From Candidatus Eiseniibacteriota bacterium (GTDB lineage: Bacteria; Eisenbacteria; RBG-16-71-46; SZUA-252): a DNA stretch of 64,000 nucleotides. Both the position numbers and the translations under genes were made by a program. The notes below the pieces were generated by a model. It saw nothing but the letters and a program-made list of their open reading frames with translations. It did no database searches and was not told the origin of the DNA. This document shows, piece after piece, positions 49,548 to 59,531 of the stretch (positions are counted from its first letter, which is position 1; each line of letters begins with the position of its first letter). The stretch lies in NCBI GenBank assembly GCA_963703225.1, contig OY969801.1, positions 2,080,001 to 2,144,000 on the forward strand. Direction: 5' to 3'.

Positions 49548-50632
49548 TGGAGCTTGAGGGTGCTCAATCCGACCAGGGCGCAGAGCGCGGCGGCGATCCA
49601 GAAGCGGACCACCACCTGCGACTCCTTCCAGCCGGAGAGCTCGAAGTGATGGTGGAGCGGCGCCATTTTCAGCACCCGCGTCCCCCAGAGCTTGAACGAC
49701 AGAACCTGCGCCATCACCGAGAGCGCCTCGGCCACGAAGACGGCGCCGACGATCGCGAGCAGAAACTCGCGCTTGATCAGCACGGCGACGGTTCCAAGGG
49801 CGGCGCCGAGCGAAAGCGACCCCGTGTCGCCCATGAAGACGTCCGCGGGATGACAATTCCACCAGAGGAACCCGAGGGTCGCACCGATCACCGCGGCGCA
49901 AAAGACGGTCAGCTCACCGGTACCGGCGATGTACGGCACTTGGAGGTACTGGGAGAACTTCACGTGGCCGGTGATGTAGCACATGCCGCCGAGCGCGACC
50001 GCCGCGAAGGCCGTCATGCCGGCGGCCAGGCCGTCGAGGCCGTCCGCCAGATTCACGGCATTCGACGCCCCGGTGATGACCAGGGTCACGAACGGGAGAT
50101 AGAGCCATCCGAAATCGACGACCGTCCGCTTCAGAAACGGAATGTTCGTTTCGCCCGGGTCCAGGATTCCGTGTGCCGGGTAGAAGTAGACCGCCATGAA
50201 GACCCCAAGGCCCAAGAGGATCTGCCCGGCCAGCTTGTACCGGCCCAAGAGCCCCTTTCGGTAATGAAGCATCACGCGCAGGTAGTCGTCGATGAACCCG
50301 ACCGTGCCCATCCAGAGGGTGGCCGCCAGCGCGATCAGGACGTTCCGGTTGGTCAGATTGCCCCAAAGCAGGGTGGACGCCGCGATCGAGATCACGATGA
50401 GGACGCCGCCCATCGTCGGGGTCCCCGACTTGGGCAGGTGGCTTTTCGGGCCGTCGTCGCGCACCTTTTGCCCCACCTTCAACTCGCGCAGCTTGCGGAT
50501 CACCGGGCGCCCGAGGATCAGCGCGATGAGGAGCGCCGTGGTGAGCGCGTACGCGGAGCGAAAGGTGATATAGCGAAAGACATTGAACGGAGCGAAGTGC
50601 TCGTGAAGCGGATAGAGGAAGTGGTAGAACAT
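49544..50632 (-). CDS. mraY: Phospho-MurNAc-pentapeptide transferase
   Basis: GTPTMGG, GFIDDY, NLADGLDGL, FMGDTGS, MAPLHHHFE. Confidence 0.97.
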   Translation of the reverse strand: MFYHFLYPLHEHFAPFNVFRYITFRSAYALTTALLIALILGRPVIRKLRELKVGQKVRDDGPKSHLPKSGTPTMGGVLIVISIAASTLLWGNLTNRNVLIALAATLWMGTVGFIDDYLRVMLHYRKGLLGRYKLAGQILLGLGVFMAVYFYPAHGILDPGETNIPFLKRTVVDFGWLYLPFVTLVITGASNAVNLADGLDGLAAGMTAFAAVALGGMCYITGHVKFSQYLQVPYIAGTGELTVFCAAVIGATLGFLWWNCHPADVFMGDTGSLSLGAALGTVAVLIKREFLLAIVGAVFVAEALSVMAQVLSFKLWGTRVLKMAPLHHHFELSGWKESQVVVRFWIAAALCALVGLSTLKLQ

Positions 50633-52080
50633 CAGTCCCTCCCCGCCGCCGCGAGGACGTCGGGCGCCCCGGCCGATCCCGGAGCCAGCGCTTCGACCAC
50701 GCGCTCGAGGCGCATTCCCCGCGAGCCCTTCACCAAGACCAGATCGCCGCGCTTCGCGTCCACCGAAACAGCGACCACCATCGCAGGCACGTCCTCGAAC
50801 CGGCGGACCCGCGCTTCGGGGAGGCCGGCTTCCCGGGCGCCGCGCTCGACCGCCTTCGCGTGGGCCCCCGCCACGTAGAGCCACGCGTCACGCGGAATCA
50901 AGCGCCCCATTTCCTCGTGCAGCGCCTCCGCGCCCGGCCCCAGCTCGAGCATGTCCGCGAGAACCGCGCGGCGCGCCCCTCGGACCTCCATGGAGCCGAG
51001 CAGCGAGAGCGCTTCGCGCATGGAGGCCGGATTCGCGTTGTAGGTGTCGTCCACGATCGAAACGCCCGGTTTCGACTCGATCAGCTCGAGTCGGTGGCGC
51101 GCCGGCTTGAGCGCGGCGAGCGCTGCCGCGGCGCGGTCGCGGGGAATCTGGAAGTGGTCGCCGACCAAGATCGCGGCGAGCGCGTTCCTCGCGTTGTGCC
51201 GGCCGAGCAAGGAAAGCGACACCACGGTTCCATCGGGGAGGGTGACGCGGGTTCCACCCGTCCCCGAGAGGACCACGCTCGTCGGTCTCAGGTCGGCTTC
51301 CGAATTCTCCAATGCATAGCTTCGGATGGGAATCGGGCGCGCCCGGTTGAGCGGCCAGAGCCGCTCGTCGTCCGCGTTCAAGACGAGGAGGCCGTCCGGC
51401 GGAATCGAGGCGGCGAGCTCGCTTTTCGCGCGGGCCACCTCGTCCACCGTCTTGAGCTGGGCCAGATGAGCCGCCGACGCGTTCGTCAGAACGCCGACGG
51501 TGGGGCGGCAGAGCTTGGTGAGGAACGTGATCTCCCCCGGCGCGCTCATGCCAAGCTCGATGACCAGCGCCTCGTGCTCGGGGCGAAGCCGGGTCAAGGT
51601 CAGCGGCACGCCGATGTGATTGTTCAGATTCCCCACGTTCTTGTGGACGCGGCGCGCCGTCGAAAGAACCGATGCGATCATCTCCTTGGTCGTCGTCTTT
51701 CCGTTCGAGCCGGTCACCGCGATCACGGGGATCGTGGCGCGATCCCGGGAGTGGCGCCCCAACGCCTGGAGCGCGGCCAGCGGATCCTTCACCTCGATCA
51801 CCGGCTTCCCCGTGCGCGGCCAGGCCCCCACCGCCGCTCGGCCCGCCTTCACGAGGCTCCCGCCGGCCTTCCCTTCCAGGGCCGCGGCGATGAAGTCGTG
51901 GCCGTCCGCCCTCGTGCCGGGCAGAGGGATGAAGAGCTCCCCGCCCTCGAGCGAGCGCGTGTCGATCGCGCATCCGGAGAAGAGAGGTCCGTTCGTCCCC
52001 GGCATCGGGTCCCAGAGACGCCCGCCGGTCACCTCCAGCACGTCGTGCAAGTTGAGCCAGGGGTTTGGGGCTCTAGTCAC
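50632..52080 (-). CDS. murF: MurF ligase
   Basis: TGSNGKTTTKE, NNHIGVP, ELGMS, DTYNANPASM, KGSRGM. Confidence 0.96.
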   Translation of the reverse strand: MTRAPNPWLNLHDVLEVTGGRLWDPMPGTNGPLFSGCAIDTRSLEGGELFIPLPGTRADGHDFIAAALEGKAGGSLVKAGRAAVGAWPRTGKPVIEVKDPLAALQALGRHSRDRATIPVIAVTGSNGKTTTKEMIASVLSTARRVHKNVGNLNNHIGVPLTLTRLRPEHEALVIELGMSAPGEITFLTKLCRPTVGVLTNASAAHLAQLKTVDEVARAKSELAASIPPDGLLVLNADDERLWPLNRARPIPIRSYALENSEADLRPTSVVLSGTGGTRVTLPDGTVVSLSLLGRHNARNALAAILVGDHFQIPRDRAAAALAALKPARHRLELIESKPGVSIVDDTYNANPASMREALSLLGSMEVRGARRAVLADMLELGPGAEALHEEMGRLIPRDAWLYVAGAHAKAVERGAREAGLPEARVRRFEDVPAMVVAVSVDAKRGDLVLVKGSRGMRLERVVEALAPGSAGAPDVLAAAGRD

Positions 52081-53570
52081 CTTCGATACCCCCGCGCCTC
52101 GAGTGCCTTCCTCGCCACCTGCCGGTCGTCGAAAGGGATCGTCCGCTCTCCCAGGATCTGATAGGTCTCGTGCCCCTTCCCCGCGATGAGAATCGCGTCG
52201 CCGTCGCCGGCGGCTTCGATCGCCGCCCCGATGGCTTCCGCGCGGTCGACGATCGTCCGCACGTGGGGCGCCCCCTTGGCGCCCGATTCAATCTCGGCCA
52301 GGATCGCCCTCGGGTCCTCGCTCCTCGGATTGTCGGAGGTGAGGAAGACGAGGTCTGCGCCCCGCGCCGCGGCAGCGCCCATGAGCGGCCTCTTTCCCCG
52401 GTCGCGATCGCCCCCGCACCCAAAGACGCAGAGGAGCCGGCGGGGCTTGGTCGCGCGCACGGCGTCCAGCGCGCGGGCGAGGGCATCGGGCGTATGGGCG
52501 TAGTCGACGAGCACCTGAAACGGTTGTCCGGTTTCCACCGGCTCGAGCCGCCCGGGAACCGACGCGACGGATCCCAGCGCCGCCGCGGCGGTCTCCGGCG
52601 GCGTGCCGACCGCGACAGAGCCGGCGAACGCGGCGAGGGCGTTCTCGACGTTGAAGGCGCCGCGCAGGCGGAGGGCGACCGGGAAGAGTTGGTGCGCCAT
52701 TCGGATCCGGAGTCTCGTGCCTGCCGGATCGAACCGCACCTCTTCGGCCGTCACCTCCGCCGCGCTTCGCACGCCAAAACCGAGAAAGGGAGGATCTCCA
52801 TGCTCCCGTATCCATCGACCCGCATCGTCATCCATGTTCACGACGCCGGTGAACTTCTTGGAGCGGTCGCCGCGCGACTCGGCGCGAAAGAGCCGCGCCT
52901 TCGACTCGCGGTAAGCCTCCATCGTTTCATGGAAGTCGAGATGATCCTGGGTCAAGTTCGTGAAGACCCCCGCGTCGAACGCGACGCCGTAGGTGCGGTC
53001 GAACGAGAGCGCGTGCGACGAGACCTCCATGGCCACCGCGGTCGCGCCCCGGTCCCGCCACCGCCGGAGAAGGCGCGCGAGATCGGGCGCTTCGGGCGTC
53101 GTGTGGACCGCGGCGGATTCCTCTCCCTCGAACGCGTAGCCGACGGTTCCGATCACGCCGACCCGGTCGCCTCGTGCCGCGAGGGCGGCCCGGATCAAAT
53201 GGGTGGTGGTCGTCTTTCCGTTGGTCCCCGTCACGCCCACCATCACAAGCTCCCTCGAGGGATGTCCCGTCTCTTCGGCCGCCAATAGCGCGAGCGCCCG
53301 CCTGCTGTCGGCCACCCGCACCTGCGCCAGCGGAACGTCGGGCGCCGGCCGTTCGACGACCGCCGCGCTCGCCCCGCGCTCCCGCGCCTGCCGGAGGTAC
53401 GCGTGTCCATCGACGTGGGTTCCCTTCACCGCGACAAACAAGTCGTTTCGCCCCACTTGCCTCGAGTCGTACTGCACACGCTCCCACGCACCCTCGAGCG
53501 ACCCCAGCACTTCCCTGGTGGCAAGCAGGGCCGGAAGCTCCGCGAGCTCCCTCGCCGGGGCGGCGATCAC
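52077..53570 (-). CDS. murE: MurE ligase (meso-DAP type)
   Basis: TGTNGKTT, MEVSSH, DYAHTPD, DNPR, AGKGHE. Confidence 0.96.
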   Translation of the reverse strand: MIAAPARELAELPALLATREVLGSLEGAWERVQYDSRQVGRNDLFVAVKGTHVDGHAYLRQARERGASAAVVERPAPDVPLAQVRVADSRRALALLAAEETGHPSRELVMVGVTGTNGKTTTTHLIRAALAARGDRVGVIGTVGYAFEGEESAAVHTTPEAPDLARLLRRWRDRGATAVAMEVSSHALSFDRTYGVAFDAGVFTNLTQDHLDFHETMEAYRESKARLFRAESRGDRSKKFTGVVNMDDDAGRWIREHGDPPFLGFGVRSAAEVTAEEVRFDPAGTRLRIRMAHQLFPVALRLRGAFNVENALAAFAGSVAVGTPPETAAAALGSVASVPGRLEPVETGQPFQVLVDYAHTPDALARALDAVRATKPRRLLCVFGCGGDRDRGKRPLMGAAAARGADLVFLTSDNPRSEDPRAILAEIESGAKGAPHVRTIVDRAEAIGAAIEAAGDGDAILIAGKGHETYQILGERTIPFDDRQVARKALEARGYRR

Positions 53571-55658
53571 GTGCCCCGCGGCGCCAGGACCAGGGAGCAC
53601 TTGGTTCCGGGCTTGACCAATGCCCCCGGCTCGGGCGACTGCTCCACCACCGCGCCGCTCCCCCTCACCCGACCGATCTCGATCGCCAGGGCGCTGAGCC
53701 GCGAGACCGCGTCCCGGAACGGAAGACCGCGGAGATCGGGCACCGTCAACTCCGTCTCGCCGCCCGCCGTGAGGGTCAGCTCCACGACGGTCCCCGGATG
53801 CGCGATCGCGCCCGGTCCGGGCGACTGATCGGTGATCCGGCCGCCGGCCGCGGCCGATCCCAGCAGCCGCATCCCAAACCCCGCTTGGGCGAGCACCTCG
53901 CGCGCCCGGTCAACCTCGAACAGCTTGACGTCGGGCACGCCGCCCGAGGGCGCGTCGTCCTCCGCCCGGACGACCGTCGAGGGAGGCAGCGCGATCGGGC
54001 GCGCGACCCTGCACCGCCCACGCGGCCAGGATCTCCCGGAAGACCGGCGCCGCGATGAAGCCGCCGTAGTAGGCGCCGCGCGGCTCGTCCAGGATCACGA
54101 GCCCGACGACCTTGGGATCCTCCGCGGGAGCCATTCCGATGAAGGAGGAGACGTAGCAGCCCGCGCCGTAGCCCCGACCGTTCTCGACCGTCTTCTGCGC
54201 CGTGCCCGTCTTCCCGGCGACCTCGCACCAGGGGAGCGCCGCCTCCGTCGCGGTTCCCGAGAGCACCGCGTCGCGCAGGAACGAGCGGAACGTCCGCGCG
54301 GTTTCGGAGGAGATGACGCGGCGCACCGCTCGACCGGGATCTCGCGGATCGGCTGCCCCGTCGGCGTCGAGCACCGCGGAGACGACTCGCGGGCGAAGCA
54401 GGATGCCGCCGTTGGCCACGGCGGCGTAGGCCATGAGGAGCTGGATCGGGGTGACGAGAATCTCTTGGCCGATCGAGATGGTCGCGAGCGAGCGATTGGA
54501 CCAGCGATCGGGCGGGCGCACCTGGCCCGGCGCTTCGCCGGGCAGCGCGATCCGCGTCGGCTGGCCAAATCCGAAGAGGCGCGCGTAGTCGTAGAGCTTG
54601 GCGGCTCCAACCTTGGTCCCGATTCTGGCATAGCAGACGTTGCTCGAAAGCGCGGTGGCGCTGCGCACCGTGAACCAGCGGGTCTCCGGATGCGAGTCAT
54701 GGATCGTGAACCCACCGAAGTCGGCTTCGCCGCGCTCGACCCAAAAGGAATCGGAGGGAGCAAAGACGCGCTCCTCGAGCGCGGCGCAGCCGGCTAGGAT
54801 CTTGAACGTGGAGCCGGGCTCGTACTGATCCGCGATGGACCGATTGCGATGGTGCTCGTCGCCGCGGCCGGGATCGTCGACAGTCACCATCGCCAGGATG
54901 TCGCCGGTCTTGGGGTCCGCGAAGATCGCCATCCCGCTCTTGGCGCCGGTGCGCTCGACGGCTTCGCGCAGCTTGAGCGCGGCCACCGACTGGGCGTCGA
55001 GGTCGATCGTGGTGACGATGCTCGCGCCCGCCTCGGGCAGCTTGATCATGCTCTGCGGCAGCTGGTACGCGAGTCCCCGGGAGTCACAGAAGAGCGTGAC
55101 CCATCCGGTCCTCCCTCGGAGCTCCCGGTCGAAGACTTGCTCCAGTCCCTCGAGTCCGAGCCCTTCGCCGCCGAGCAACCCAACGACCGGACGCGCCACG
55201 CTGTCGAGCGGATAGACGCGCCCCGGCACCGCCTCCACGTGCAGGCCCTCCGGAAGCGCCGTGGTGCGAAGGGCCAGCTCCTGCTCCGGATTCAGGTGGG
55301 ACGAGAGCCGCACGTAGGCCGCCCGGCGCGCCCGGCCGGAGCGAAACCGGCTCACCGCCTCGGGCCCCGCCGCCTTGGCGAGAAACGCCTGCGCCGCACG
55401 CGCGTTCTTGACGTCGCCCGGCCGGACCGAAAGCCGGCTCAGCGAGACGTTGTCGGCGAGGGAGCGGAGGTGGCGGTCGTAGATCCGGCCGCGCTCGGGC
55501 TCCAAGATGACGCGGCGCGTCTGCTGCATCTTGGCCGCGCGGGCAAACCGGCCATGATCGAATACCTGAATCTGAACCAGACGGCCGAAGAGAAACAGGA
55601 ACGCGGCGGACCCCAAGAGGGCGAGCAACCGTAGACGGCGGAGGTCGCGCGGGCTCAT
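53567..55658 (-). CDS. ftsI: Class B PBP (FtsI) with C-terminal PASTA domains; contains frameshifts
   Basis: EPGSTFK (SxxK), SSN, KTGTAQ. PASTA part lies in another frame after about 53998; a compensating indel pair sits at about 54357 and 54328. Confidence 0.9.
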
Positions 55659-56185
55659 CGCCCCACCGCGGCGCGGACCGGGACCGCCTCAGGGTCCGCC
55701 TCAGGCGGCCGGACCGGATTCGACTGGAAATGCTTGAGCCACGTCTCCACCCGCGCGACGACGCCCGATCGTGGAAGCGCGCGCGGCATCGCCTGATTGA
55801 GATCGATCTCGATGATCCTCGCCGGGTCCGGAGCGATGAAGCCCTGAGCGCGGAGCGTCTGTGAATCGATCCCTTCCCGGAGCGCCGCCTGGTCGCTCAG
55901 CTCCGAGGAGAGCCGTATCCGATTCTCAAGGCCTCGAACTTCCCGTGTGAGGCGATCGCGCTCCATGGACAGCGAGTTCGCGACGGTGCTCTCCCAAACC
56001 TTGGAAAAGAGCAGCGCCCCCAGGAGCAAGAGCGCGAGCAGGAGGGCTCCATGGCGGCGGCGTGGCGCCTGCACCGCGTAGCGTCGAAGGTAGGCGCGGC
56101 CCGTCTCCTTCCTGGATCTGGCGGCGACCTCCACCGCTTCGCATGCCGGGATCGCCGTGTGGCTGGCCGCGGAAGTCTGGGTCAC
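55655..56185 (-). CDS. ftsL: FtsL-like protein
   Basis: Single TM plus leucine heptads; sits between rsmH and ftsI. Confidence 0.6.
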   Translation of the reverse strand: MTQTSAASHTAIPACEAVEVAARSRKETGRAYLRRYAVQAPRRRHGALLLALLLLGALLFSKVWESTVANSLSMERDRLTREVRGLENRIRLSSELSDQAALREGIDSQTLRAQGFIAPDPARIIEIDLNQAMPRALPRSGVVARVETWLKHFQSNPVRPPEADPEAVPVRAAVGR

Positions 56186-57096
56186 GTGGTTTCTCCCTTT
56201 CTCCGCGCCGCGCGCAGTCGAGCGCTCGCCGCGCGGGGATTGTCCCGCGTCTCCTCCTCGGAAGGTCGGATGGGCCGCGTGCTCAACGGAATCCAGGGCG
56301 TCGCCGCGGGCTCGGACCAGGGGTCCATCGGTCGGGGCGGCCGGAACGCGTTCTTGACGATCCGATCTTCCAGCGAGTGATAGGCGATCACGCAGAGCGT
56401 GCCCCCCGGCCGGATGACCCGGGCCGCGGAGTCGAGGAGCGCCTGGAGTTCTTCAAGCTCGCGGTTCACCGCCACGCGGAGCGCCTGAAACGCCTGCGCC
56501 AGCCGTCGTGGCCTCGCCGGTCCGGGATAGAGCGGGCCCAGCGCCTCCGTGAGCGCTCGTGTGGTGAGCGGCACGCGCGCGGCCGCCGCGCGACGGATGG
56601 CGCGAACCGCGGCGCGAGCGCGGGGAAGCTCGCCGAGGGTGGCGAGGATGCCTGCCAGCGCTTCGTCGTCCGTCCTTCGGATGAGATCGTCCGCCGTCTG
56701 CTCGAGGGAGGGATCGAGGCGCATGTCCAGGGGACCCTCGCGCCCGAACGAGAGCCCGCGCGCCGGATCGTCGAGCTGATCCGAGGAGATCCCCAGATCG
56801 GCCAGAATCCCGTCCAGCGCCGTCACGCCTAGTTCGTCCAGGACCTCCTCGATCCCGGAGAATCGTCCACGCACGGCTGTAAAACGAGGTGGCGGCGCCG
56901 GCGGATTCGCGCGAGCGCGCTCGACCGCCGCCGGATCGCAGTCCATTGCGATGACCCTAGCCTCCCCTCCCAACGCCGCCACGATCTCGCGGCTGTGACC
57001 ACCCCGTCCCAGGGTCGCGTCCAAGTACGTTCCCTCGGGGTCGGTCAAGAGCAGCCGCACGGCCTCCTGCCTCAGTACCGGGACATGACCCGGCAT
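56182..57096 (-). CDS. rsmH: 16S rRNA m4C1402 methyltransferase
   Basis: HVPVL, DATLGRGGHS, DLGISSDQ, LDMR, YHSLEDRIVK. Confidence 0.96.
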   Translation of the reverse strand: MPGHVPVLRQEAVRLLLTDPEGTYLDATLGRGGHSREIVAALGGEARVIAMDCDPAAVERARANPPAPPPRFTAVRGRFSGIEEVLDELGVTALDGILADLGISSDQLDDPARGLSFGREGPLDMRLDPSLEQTADDLIRRTDDEALAGILATLGELPRARAAVRAIRRAAAARVPLTTRALTEALGPLYPGPARPRRLAQAFQALRVAVNRELEELQALLDSAARVIRPGGTLCVIAYHSLEDRIVKNAFRPPRPMDPWSEPAATPWIPLSTRPIRPSEEETRDNPRAASARLRAARRKGETT

Positions 57097-57106
57097 CGGC
57101 GATCCC

Positions 57107-57574
57107 CTAAATCCCTGTCATGCTCCAGGCTTCTTCCCCGGTCGATCCCGCTGCTCCACGAAGAGCGTCCGCGTCGCGGCGTTCCAAGAGGCGATCCGCC
57201 GGCGCCTCGGGGCGCCAGTCGAGCCGGCTGAGCGCCGACCCCTGCCCGGCCACTTGAAAGAGCGAGCGGAGATAGGGGCTCAAGCCGACGAACCATACGA
57301 ACGCTCCCCGGTTCCTCGAGTGGGAGAGCGCGGCCGTGAACTCGGAGAGCGCCCGGTAGTCGAGGTGCTCGACCCCCTCGAAGTCAACGCAGACGGTCTC
57401 GCGGGGCGAGCGTCCGCACTGAGACACCGCGTCGACGACCCTTTGAAGCTCCCGGAGCCCGAGCGCGCCGAAGAGCTGGAGCGTGAGGGGCGCGCCGCCT
57501 CGAGAGGCCTCCCACTGGTAGGTGGGCCGGTCCGCGAGCCCAGCCGGCATCATGTTGCGCGCGAATCCGCTCAC
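57107..57574 (-). CDS. STAS-domain protein
   Basis: L-x-L-x-G-x-L...VDFEGVEHLD...GLSPYLRSLFQVAG; GTGA overlap with the mraZ stop. Confidence 0.7.
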   Translation of the reverse strand: MSGFARNMMPAGLADRPTYQWEASRGGAPLTLQLFGALGLRELQRVVDAVSQCGRSPRETVCVDFEGVEHLDYRALSEFTAALSHSRNRGAFVWFVGLSPYLRSLFQVAGQGSALSRLDWRPEAPADRLLERRDADALRGAAGSTGEEAWSMTGI

Positions 57575-58011
57575 AGGAGGAGTTCTCCCGCCATGTCTTC
57601 GTAGGTCCGGTCGGACGAGGCGAGGTAATTCTCGAACGACTCGGGATTCCAGATCTCGATGTGGTCGAGCACGCCGTTCACCAGCACTTCGTGCTTGAGG
57701 AGCGCGTGCGTCATGAGGCTCGGCGGAATGGCGACGCGACCCTGGGCGTCGAGCGTCTCGTCGCGCGAGTCCAGGAGGAGCATGCGCTGGTACCGGCGGT
57801 GGATCGGATCGCTGAACGAGCGGGCGCGGAGGCGATCCTCCAGGCGCTTGAATTCGTCGGCGGGATAGAGCGACACGCAGGCTTCGAGCCCGCGCAGGAT
57901 CACGAACGTTTCGTTGGCGTCCCCGGAGAGGAGTCTGCGAAAGCGCGCGGGGATGCTGACGCGCCCTTTGTGATCGATGGAATGCTTGTAGCTCCCTCGG
58001 AACGTCGCCAT
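57571..58011 (-). CDS. mraZ: Transcriptional repressor MraZ
   Basis: DHKGRVSIP, DAQGRVAIP, HIEIW. Confidence 0.96.
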   Translation of the reverse strand: MATFRGSYKHSIDHKGRVSIPARFRRLLSGDANETFVILRGLEACVSLYPADEFKRLEDRLRARSFSDPIHRRYQRMLLLDSRDETLDAQGRVAIPPSLMTHALLKHEVLVNGVLDHIEIWNPESFENYLASSDRTYEDMAGELLL

Positions 58012-58062
58012 CCCCGGTTCCTCAAGACTCCCCAACGCTCCGTCGGCGAAGGGCGAATACTC

Positions 58063-58088
58063 CCCCACTTCGCCCCACAATTCACCAC
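58063..58088 (-). promoter_or_regulatory. Three MraZ boxes
   Basis: GTGGTG-AATT-GTGGGG-CGAA-GTGGGG, 10-bp periodicity, just downstream of the -10 element. Confidence 0.85.
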
Positions 58089-58095
58089 ACGGCGC

Positions 58096-58124
58096 ATCCT
58101 AAGACCCGGTCTGGGGGGTGTCAA
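58096..58124 (-). promoter_or_regulatory. Sigma70 promoter of the dcw cluster
   Basis: TTGACA-N17-TAGGAT. Confidence 0.85.
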
Positions 58125-58202
58125 GGCGGATTCCAACTTTTTGGCAAAATTATTTTGTTGGAGGACAAGGGGTTCTGGCCGGAGGGGGAGTGGGGGCGGA
58201 AG

Positions 58203-59531
58203 CTACTTTGGAGCCGCCGAAAGGACGTTTCCGAGGAGCCCGGCGACCCCGGCCGCGATCACGCTCCGCTCCCAGCCCGCCGCTTCCTTGGGGAGCGGCT
58301 GAGCCGGCAGCCGGCCGGAGCGCCTCCAGTCGACGAGCCATCGGCCGATGGCCTCGGCGGCGCCGGCCGCGTCGACGGCCCCGAGCACGATCCCGGCGCC
58401 GGTAGCCCGAATCAGGTCGGCCGCCGGCCCGCGGTCCAGGAGGCCGAGCACCGGCCGACCGCTGGTCAAGTACTCGTAGATCTTCCCCGTGTAGAGAAAG
58501 GCGTCCGCTTCACCGCCGTGCCCGAGAAGCACGAGGGCCTCTGCGCGGCGCATCTCCGCGAGCGCTTCCAGGTGGGGCTTGGAATTCCTGATCTCGATGA
58601 CGCCGCGCAAGGAGGGTCGACCCACCTCCGCCGGCCCCAGCTCCTCGTTTCCGCCGAGAAAGCGGAGCGTCAGCTCCGACGCGGCGCGCGGGTCGGCCGC
58701 GATTAACCGCTCGGCCGCATCCAGGAGAGTTCGCACGGTGGGCCGGTGCGCCAGCTGCCCCGCGTGGAGGAGCACGAACCGACCCCGCTCCTCGGCGCCG
58801 TCGGGCTTCAAAAGGAGATCGGCGCGGCGCCAATCGTCGGAATCGAACCCGTTCGGGACGTAGACGAAGCGGTCGGCCGCCACTTCCGGGTAGCGCTCCC
58901 GGTAGAGCGCGGCCATGGCCTCGCTCACCACGGTCACCCGATCCGCTCCTTCCACGACCGAGCGCTCGAGCGCCCGATGGCGGGCGTCGTGCCAGGGGGT
59001 GGGGGGCGCGTAGGTGACCCTCCCCACCCACGGATCCCGGAAGTCGGCGATCCAGGGGATCCGGAAACGCCGTTTGAGGGCAACCCCCGCGAGGTGCGCG
59101 CTCTCGGGCGAAGAGGTGGTCCAGATCGCGTCGACGGCGCCCACTTCAATCCGCTTCGCGGCGACCCGCTGGGCCTCGCGGGCCCACGGAAGGTAGCCAT
59201 CCGGAATCATGAGCCACGATTGAATCCGACGCAGCATTCGAAACGACGCCGGGTCACGCCCACCCTGCCTTCGCTCGATCGAGACGCCGCCCTTGGAGAG
59301 CAGGCGCAGCATTCGGAGCGACGTCATGCCTCCGGCCCGGAGGATCTCGGTCGATGGCGGCACCTCGTCGAGAAGCGTCGGATCGAGGATCCAGTAATCC
59401 GGGTCGCGGGTGGTCACGACCGCGGCGCTCCATCCGTGCGGGACGAGGTAGCGGACCAATTTGAGGGTCCTCTGGCACCCTCCACCGCCGAGCGGAGGGA
59501 AGAAGTAGGCGAGAGCGAGGAGCCGCTTCAA
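58203..59531 (-). CDS. GT4 glycosyltransferase
   Basis: YFFPPLGGGG-x-QR, WIADFRDPW, VPNGFD, GKIYEYL. Confidence 0.88.
   Translation of the reverse strand: MKRLLALAYFFPPLGGGGCQRTLKLVRYLVPHGWSAAVVTTRDPDYWILDPTLLDEVPPSTEILRAGGMTSLRMLRLLSKGGVSIERRQGGRDPASFRMLRRIQSWLMIPDGYLPWAREAQRVAAKRIEVGAVDAIWTTSSPESAHLAGVALKRRFRIPWIADFRDPWVGRVTYAPPTPWHDARHRALERSVVEGADRVTVVSEAMAALYRERYPEVAADRFVYVPNGFDSDDWRRADLLLKPDGAEERGRFVLLHAGQLAHRPTVRTLLDAAERLIAADPRAASELTLRFLGGNEELGPAEVGRPSLRGVIEIRNSKPHLEALAEMRRAEALVLLGHGGEADAFLYTGKIYEYLTSGRPVLGLLDRGPAADLIRATGAGIVLGAVDAAGAAEAIGRWLVDWRRSGRLPAQPLPKEAAGWERSVIAAGVAGLLGNVLSAAPK

Noticed and set aside
48154..55658. Programmed frameshifting or cell-wall gene decay
   Set aside because: No slippery heptamers seen at the sites, motifs are fully conserved, and an unrelated gene (plsX) shows the same error type.
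58142..58158. TGGCAA as a sigma54 promoter near mraZ
   Set aside because: No GC at -12 and wrong orientation; more likely an AT-rich upstream element.
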